A DNA stretch of 64,000 nt, taken from positions 28,644,001 through 28,708,000 of the forward strand of contig OZ024757.1 of assembly GCA_964016885.1 (NCBI GenBank), read 5' to 3'. The translations under genes were made by a program, and so were the position numbers. Origin of the DNA: Eledone cirrhosa (lineage: Eukaryota). A model generated the notes under the pieces. The model was not told the DNA's origin. It was given only the letters and a program-made list of their open reading frames with translations, and made no database searches. Positions 56,328-64,000 of this stretch are shown in pieces; within the stretch, counting starts at the first letter, position 1, and the number at the start of each line of letters is the position of its first letter.

Positions 56328-57810
56328 TTTCTTTATTAGCAACAGGGGCACAAAAGAAGGGGACAAATACAAAGGGGGAAGTTTACATACAATAAAAACG
56401 TGTAAAATGTTATCACAAATGCAATTTAAAAAGTTAGTCGATTTTCCCCAATAGAGGGAGACAGTTCATATGGGTAACACATACCCCCGAAAAAATGTGC
56501 AACCCTCATCTCCAGGAGTACGAAGAGTTTGTACTCCTTTCCTCAACCTACAGGCTGATATAGAGAGAAGGCCCATTCACTCGGGCCATTCTCGCCACTT
56601 TCACCCACCTTTCATAAAACTTGCTGGGGTACAGCACCTCTCTCTCCATCCTGATTCTTCTCCCAAAGTGGTATTTGAAAAAAAGAATCAGTTGTTGGCC
56701 GGAGAGAAAGGTGTCTGACCTCAGCCCTTTTAACCTCGTCCACCATACAACCTCTTTCACCATAGCTATCACACAAAGGAAAACCGCCTCTCCGTTTTTG
56801 AAGGAGGGTGGCAGTTTGATCATGACAATGGACTCGGTGGTCAACCGGATTGGTCCCACCCGCGACAATAGTCGTTCTACATAGCCCCACAGGTCGGTAA
56901 TGCCCGGGCAGTGTATGAATGAGTGCGCGACGGTTTCTTCGTCTCGCACGCATCTCGGACAGATCTTTTTCGAAGGGTCCCTGCCCAGGCGTCCATGTCT
57001 GTAGAGCTTGTCTCGAACTGGTAGAGCTCCTCGGTAGCACTGCCAGGCCAGGGACTTTTGGAAGTTGTACATCGGTCCCGGGTGGAAGGTCCTACCGAAC
57101 AGACTGGCCAGTTCATCTTCCTCTATGCCTAGAGTTTCTCTGAGCGTGTCGTCGCACTTGCTGCGGATCAACCCTCTATAGAATGACGAAGTGAAGTCTC
57201 CACTGATTGCTGGGTCCGCCTGCCAGAGGGCTGTGAGCGCCTGAGCACATTCGATATGCCAGTCGCCCATTTTCCTCGGTCTTTGCTTGACCCAGGACTG
57301 CAGCTCCGTCAGCGAGACGAGTCCCACACGAACGGGGCCCACATCGGTTGTCCGGTGAGGAATATGTGGAGATGCTGCAGCCTGAGCGCGTGTTTGCGCA
57401 TCATCAGCCACGGCATCCCCAGCCCTCCGTTGGAAGGGTGTTGGCAGCAGATGGATCTCCTCACCAAAGGAGCCCGCGATCCATTTTGGTGAGCGTTTTG
57501 GCTGGACAAGGCACGGCGGTGAAGCGGTAGTAGATGACGGATGCTATAAAAGTGTTCGCCATCTCCGCTCGACCTTTCAAGGATAGTTTGCACTCGGCCC
57601 ACTTCTGGGTGAGTGCAAACACCTTGGCCGTCAACTCGTTCCAGCTCTTCTCCACCTGGAGGTCCGGACCAAACCAGACACCGAGCAGCTTCACCGGTCC
57701 TTCCATCCAGCGTCCGACGATGCCATCGGTTTGCTTTTCCACGATCCGAGTTGCAAACCGATGGACTTGTCCCGGTTCAGCTTCACTCCTGTGAACCTTT
57801 CGTATTCCAA
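56328..57810 (-). pseudogene. L1/Tx1-clade LINE ORF2 3' part (end of RT to CCHC finger) and 3' UTR
   Basis: KLLGVWFG, KWAECKLSLKGRAEMANTFIAS, HPSNGGLGMP and CPRCVRDEETVAHSFIHC spread over frameshifted ORFs; hallmarks of L1/Tx1 ORF2. Confidence 0.9.
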
Positions 57811-57997
57811 CAGATAGATAAATAGGCAGACATACTGACAAACATACAGGTAAACAAACAGAAAGGTAAACAAACAGAAAGGTAAACAAACAGAAAGGTA
57901 AACAAACAGACAGGTGCCAAGTGAAGTCTTCTGTTATCTAACCCTCTTTTGAAACAAGTGTCTTCTTTTTCATTTTATTTCTATGGATTTATTTAGA

Positions 57998-58305
57998 AGA
58001 CACACACACACAAAGATGGGACAATATCACACACACACACAAAGATGGGACAATATCACACACACACAGATGGGACAATAACACATACACACACAGATGA
58101 GATAATATCACATGCACACAAAGATGGGACAATATCACACACACACACAGATGGGACAATATCACACACACACACACAGATGAGATAATATCACACACAC
58201 AGATGGGACAATATCACACACACACAGATGGGACAATATCACACACACACAGATGGTACAATATCACACACACACACACACAGATGGGACAATATTACAA
58301 ACACA
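57998..58305. repeat. Minisatellite (CA)n-GATGGGACAATAT
   Basis: About 11 units with a variable CA run. Confidence 0.9.
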
Positions 58306-58429
58306 CATGACTGTCTTTCATGTTCAGTCTCTCTCTCTGTGGCACCTAGGACAAATGTCTTGAAGTATAGCCTTTCATTGTCTGAAGTTTTGTGAGTTAA
58401 TTTAATAGATTGAAACCAAAACACCAGGC

Positions 58430-58725
58430 AACCATCCAACCAACCAACTAGCCACTTAGTCAACTATCCAACCATTTAGACAGCAATCCTATCAGATAGT
58501 CCTCCAGCCATATAGCCAACCAATCAACCATTCAACCAACCAGCTATCCAACCAATTAACCTACCAACCATCCAACCAACCAGCTATTCAACCAATCGAC
58601 CATCTAACCAACCAACCAACCAACCAGCTATCCAACCAATCAACCATCCAACCAACCTACCAACCAGTTATCCAACCATCCACTCGACCATCCAACCACT
58701 CAACCAACCAGCCATCCAACCTGCC
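58430..58725. repeat. Degenerate (CCAA)n repeat
   Basis: Direct reading. Confidence 0.75.
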
Positions 58726-59621
58726 TACAATCCAGTCAGACAGTCTTACAGCCATGCAATGTTATAGAAGAAGTGAAGCCCAGTCACAGATAATGAATTT
58801 GTCCATGTAAAAGATTCATCATGTTGTCTGCCATAATTACTGATGTGATGTAGTCAACAGAACTACTAATTAAATAGCTTGTAACTGTCACATCTCTCTC
58901 TCTCCCTCTCATTCATCTCTCTCCATTTCTTGCTCCCTCTCTCTCTTTCTCTATCTATCTACCTACCTACCTCCCTCCCGATCTATCTATCATGCCCATT
59001 TCTCTCCTGCTTGCTTGCTCTCTTGCTCTATCTATCTACCTACCTCCCAATCTATCTATCTACCTACCTATCTATCTATCTCCCTACCTATCTATCTCCC
59101 TACCTATCTATCTCTATACTGTTCTGACCAATCATTTAACAAATAACTCAGCAATCAGCTCTTGTTGTTGTGGTTTGGTTGTAGTAGTTGTTATTGTGGT
59201 GGTTGTTGTAGTTGTAATGTTTCTTGTGGTTGTTGTGGTTATGGTGGTGGTTGTAGTATTGTGATTGTTGTGGTTGTGGTGATGGTTATTTTGGTGGTTG
59301 TACAATTATTGTTGTTGTGATTGTTCTGTGGTTTTTATTACTAATATAGCGTTTGTGAATTTTGTTGGTTTGGTTTGGTTAGGGAGGACATCCAGCCATA
59401 GAAACCTAGCCAGAAACAGTTCTATATGAGTAAGGCACGGTCACCTGACCCAACTTGCTTCAAATGGGACAACCTGTCAAGCCCATGCTAGTGTGTAAAA
59501 TAGATGTTAAAGGATGATAATGGCTGTTGTAGTTGTGGTTATTGTGCTAGTGATTGTTATAGTTATTGTGGATGTAAAGTTCATGGTTGGCATTATGGCC
59601 TTTGTTATTATGACTGTTGTT

Positions 59622-59803
59622 ATAATGGTTTCTACTATTGGCACAAGGCCAGCAATTACCCAGTACATTACTGGTACTTTATTTTATCGATCCCGTAAGG
59701 ATGAAAGGCAAAGTTAACCGCGGCGGGATTTGAACTCAGAATGGCAAGGGCCGTAACTCTATGCGTCAAAGCATGGCGTCCGACCCTCTACCGATACTGC
59801 CAA
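59622..59803 (-). mobile_element. Near full-length family A SINE
   Basis: Very similar to the copy at 2672-2850. Confidence 0.8.
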
Positions 59804-59900
59804 GATTGCGACACACACACACAGAGAAACATATCAACACAATCTGATAAGCATTCATGTAGGTATTTATAGATAAATATTTATGCATATATAAATATAT

Positions 59901-59931
<31 letters not shown>

Positions 59932-60363
59932 CACATGTGTGTATTTATATATATGTATGTGTATTTATATATAAATATTTATGCATATATAAATATCATT
60001 ATCATTACCGTTTTATGTCCATTCTTCCACGCTAGCATGGGTTAGATGGGTTGTCCTGTTGTCGGCAGTGTCCGGTCGGCTGACCTTGTCTTGCTCATAC
60101 GGGAACTGATTCTGGCTTGATTTCTACAGCTGGATGCCCTTCCTAACAACAACATCATTTACAGTGAGTATATATATATATATATATATACACACACATA
60201 TGTGTGTGTATTTATATATATGTATGTGTATTTATATATATGTATGTGTATATATATATATTTTAATTGTCTGCTATCTAGTTATTTTATTTTATCATTG
60301 ATATTATTGTTCTGGTTTAATACCACACCTATATAAAAACCATGCCTTATGTATCTTCTTCAT

Positions 60364-60490
60364 TTCACCCGCTCTGATGAAAACGACTGGTTATAAACAA
60401 AGTATTGGAGATCGATTGGCGCATAATCAGGCGTATAGCGAACTCTAGACCTGCCAGATCAAAGAAACAATTGCCAGCAATGTGAATAAA
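60364..60490 (+). ncRNA. Degenerate hammerhead-like motif with a long domain II, followed by AATAAA
   Basis: TTCAC-cc-GCT-CTGATGA-(83 nt)-GAAA-CAATTG-cC-AGC-aat-GTGAA; bipartite stem I; palindrome CAATTG; U16.1 position is C. Confidence 0.4.
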
Positions 60491-60554
60491 GCCCTTATTT
60501 TATAGCGAACCATGTCACTCTTCTTTCTTGAATTATATATATATATATATATAT

Positions 60555-61753
60555 AAAGTAATAGCGCAACTAATCAGAAAGCGAATTAATCTAGATGAAA
60601 TGCAGTTCAGGTTTGTGTCAGGTAAAGGTACCACAGACGCTCTTTTCATTGTACGACAACTACAGGAGAAGTACCTAGCTAAAAGTAAACCCCTCTACTT
60701 AGCTTTTGTAGACCTGGAGAAAGCCTTTGACAGAGTCCCCCGCTCCATTATCTGGTGGGCTCTTAGAAAACTAGGTGTAGATGAATGGCTTGTGAGGGCT
60801 ATACAAGCTATGTATAAAGAAACAGTCAGCAAGGTTAAAACTAACAACGAATATAGTGAAGAATTTAGCGTAAAAGTTGGTGTTCATCAGGGCTCTGTCC
60901 TTAGCCCACTCCTATTTATTATTGCACTTCAGGCTATAACAGAGGAGTTCAAGACCGGCTGCCCATGGGAACTCCTATACGCAGATGATCTAACGCTCAT
61001 AGCCGAATCAATGGCTGAACTAGAGAAGAAATTCCAAACATGGAAGCATGGCCTAGAATCAAAAGGCCTTAAAGTTAACTTGTCTAAGACTAAAGTCCTA
61101 ATATGTAGGAAGGAGAATAGGGCACTGGTTCCATCTAGGAAATGGCCAAGCTCAGTGTGTAGGAAAGGATTAGGCAGAAATTCCATTTTATGTCCCAAAT
61201 GCAAAGTATGGGTGCATAAAAGATGTAGTGGGATCACAGGTAAGCTAACTAAGAATATAGATTTTATATGTGGCCAGTGCTCTGGTGCAATAAGTAGCAG
61301 CAAGTGCCCACAGAATACTAGCTCATTCCATTGCACAGATGTAATGAGACATGGGCAGCAACTGCAGAGGATATGCGACGGCTGGAGAGAAATGAGGCAA
61401 GCATGCTCCGTTGGATGTGCAGTGTAAATGTGCGTGAATGACCCAGCATAAATGTGTTGAGAGGGATAGAATGTAGTGTACGGGAGAGAAGACTGAGGTG
61501 GTATGGACATATGATGCGCATGGAGGATGACCGATGGGTGAAGAAGTGCCAGGAAATGCAGTTGAAGGAAGACGTTGTAGAGGTAGACCACAAAAAACAT
61601 GGGCGGAGGTGATGAGAACAGACCTCAGATCATTGAAGCTCACGGTGGAGATGACGAAGGACCGTGACGAGTGAAGAGATGCTGTGCTGAATAAGACCCG
61701 TCCCACCCTTGCAAGCAGGGAAAAGCGGATATAAAATGATGATGATGATGATG
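60555..61753 (+). pseudogene. RTE-clade LINE: RT core, PHD-like finger, internal deletion, C-terminus and (TGA)n tail
   Basis: AFVDLEKAFDRVP, GVHQGSVLSPLLF, LLYADDL, GLKVNLSKTK, a Cys/His cluster, then RRLRWYGHMMRM and GRPQKTW; tail CCCGTCCCACCCTTGCAAGCAGGG. Confidence 0.92.
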
Positions 61754-62205
61754 AGTGTGTATATATATATATTTATGTGTGCATCTGCAGAAATGTGTGA
61801 GTTTGTGTCTGCGTGTATATATATATACATATATACATGTTTATGTGCATCTGTGTCTGTATTAGTATGCATAGACACACACACACATACACACAGTCAC
61901 ACACACACATATGTATATCATCATCAACATGTAATGTACATTTTTCCCGCTTGAAAGGGTTGGAATTATATATGTATGGTTAAACTTTATGGCATGCAAT
62001 AATATGTGCGTATACACACACACACACACACAGACGTAGATAGCAAAAGAGCTTTTTAAAAATTAATTTGTCATTTCAAATATCTTATGTGAGATATAAA
62101 ACAAAAATAATTCATTTTTCAAAATATTTAGATGAATAGATGAAGAGATTATGTTTAAATTATACACACATATATACACACACACATATATATATATATA
62201 CATAA

Positions 62206-62244
<39 letters not shown>

Positions 62245-62250
62245 AATGTA

Positions 62251-62310
<60 letters not shown>

Positions 62311-62311
<1 letters not shown>

Positions 62312-62469
62312 GAGGGTAATCCCCAAAGTAAGGTCTCCTTCCGAGGAAAACATGCGTAAAGATCGGCAGATCGCTCTGGATGCTCTCTGCATTTTGGTTC
62401 CTGAGGTTTCCCGAAGCACCATCCACAGGATTTTAGCGGAAAGAGACCTTACTTTTGGGATTGCCCTCG
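62311..62469 (+). mobile_element. Mariner internal-deletion derivative (MITE)
   Basis: 27-bp TIRs CGAGGG(T/C)AATCCC(C/A)AAAGTAAGGTCTC with TA flanks; the interior encodes [15 protein letters not shown]...[10 protein letters not shown], resembling the second HTH of mariner transposases. Confidence 0.8.
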
Positions 62470-62660
62470 TATATATATATATACATAAATGTAGATACAT
62501 ATATATATATACATAAATGTAGATACATATATATATATATATATACACATAAATGTAGATACATACATATATACACATAAATGTATATATATATATATAC
62601 ACGTAAATGTATATATATATATACACATAAATGTTTATATATATATATATATATATATAT

Positions 62661-62874
62661 GGAGGCACATGGCTTAGTGGTTAGAGCATTGGCCTTGCAA
62701 TAGAAAGGTTGTGAGTTCAATTCTCAGACCGTGTGATGTGTTGTTCCCTTGAGCACTCACTGTAAATGAGGTTGGTGTTAGGAAGGGCATCCAGCTGTAG
62801 AAATCAAGCCAGAATCAGTTCCCGTCCCACCCTTGCAAGCAGGGAAAAGCGGACGTAAAATGAAATGATGATGA
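62661..62874 (+). mobile_element. Family B SINE, internally deleted variant
   Basis: Same head-tail junction as 17585-17807. Confidence 0.85.
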
Positions 62875-63009
62875 TATATATATATATATATATACATAAA
62901 TGTAGATACATACATATATATGTGTATATATATATATATAATAGAATACTTTGAAAATAACAAATATGTGGCCAATAAAAGAATTTGTAATTTTGTTGTC
63001 ATCAAAAAT

Positions 63010-63455
63010 AGTGGATTGGCCGTCTCCTCTTATCAGATAGAACATCTGTAGGTATACCATCCACTCTTTACATCCTGAGTTCAAACCCAAGGTAAACATG
63101 ACCTTCCATCATTCTGGGATTGATAAAATAAGTCTTATTCTCTTTCTTCGCCCACTTTATGCCAGAGAGGGTCATGGGGCAACAATTTCGGGGGCGGGGG
63201 GGGGGGGGGGAGTCGATTAAATCGATCCCAGTGCATTACTGGTACTTTATTTTATCGACCTCCGTAAGGATGAGTGGCAAAGTTAACCTCGGCGGGATTT
63301 GAACTCCTGACATAAAGGACCGTAATTATATGACATAAAGCATGTTGTGTGATGCTCCACTGATTACTGCCAGTCAATTATTGGAAGCGATGAAACTGAC
63401 GTTCTCATCCTCCTCACAAATTGCTGGCCTTGTGCCTTAAGTAGAAACTATTATA
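63010..63455. mobile_element. Family A SINE fragments in both orientations
   Basis: Plus 63010-63135, minus 63185-63375, tail fragment 63410-63455. Confidence 0.7.
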
Positions 63456-63686
63456 TTTTTATATATTTTATATTTTTATATATTTTCATATATTTTCATT
63501 GTTAATTGTTTTTGTTATTGTGTATTTTTATGTAATTTTATTGTAGACCCCCCCACTGTCCCTGTCTTTGTATTCTCCCCTATATGTCGGCCCTTGAGTT
63601 GAGGCCAATAAATGAAACCATTATTTTTATTATTATTTTCATTATAATCCTCGTCATCACTTATCATTACTGTCATTATCAGTCAC

Positions 63687-63722
<36 letters not shown>

Positions 63723-63922
63723 CACCACCACCAATATCATAACAATACTTCTCCCTCTCACTCTTTCCCTTTGTATGTATATGTGAATGTGTGTGTAAAT
63801 TATATATATATATAATATATATATATAAGATATATATATATATATAACAAATATATATATATATATAACATATATATATATATATAACAAATATATATAT
63901 ATAACATATATATATATATATT

Positions 63923-63959
<37 letters not shown>

Positions 63960-64000
63960 ATAACATATATATATATATATTTATATATATATATATATAT

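Noticed and set aside
57998-58305. CRISPR-like pattern of a constant motif with variable spacers
   Set aside because: Spacers are just (CA)n runs, there are no cas genes, and the context is eukaryotic.

Overview
AT-rich eukaryotic non-coding DNA (intronic or intergenic) saturated with microsatellites and retroelement debris. The repeat content resembles an octopus or other coleoid cephalopod genome (inference, not verified). No host protein-coding gene is recognisable, and most long ORFs in the track are translations of (TA)n, (AG)n or triplet repeats. The real coding remnants all come from transposons: RTE-clade LINE fragments (one with a PHD-like finger inside the RT region, one 5'-inverted), three L1/Tx1-clade 3' fragments sitting in (TAGA)n, and a DD37D (maT) transposase. 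Non-autonomous elements include mariner, Tc1-like and piggyBac-like MITEs and two tRNA-derived SINE families whose tails match LINE 3' ends found in this same window. The most notable signal, which the ORF track cannot show, is seven type I hammerhead-ribozyme-like motifs from several families, plus two more decayed candidates. They look like Penelope-like-element termini; two are near-perfect and lie on the same strand at 43.1-43.3 kb. All structures were folded by eye and need computational and biochemical confirmation.
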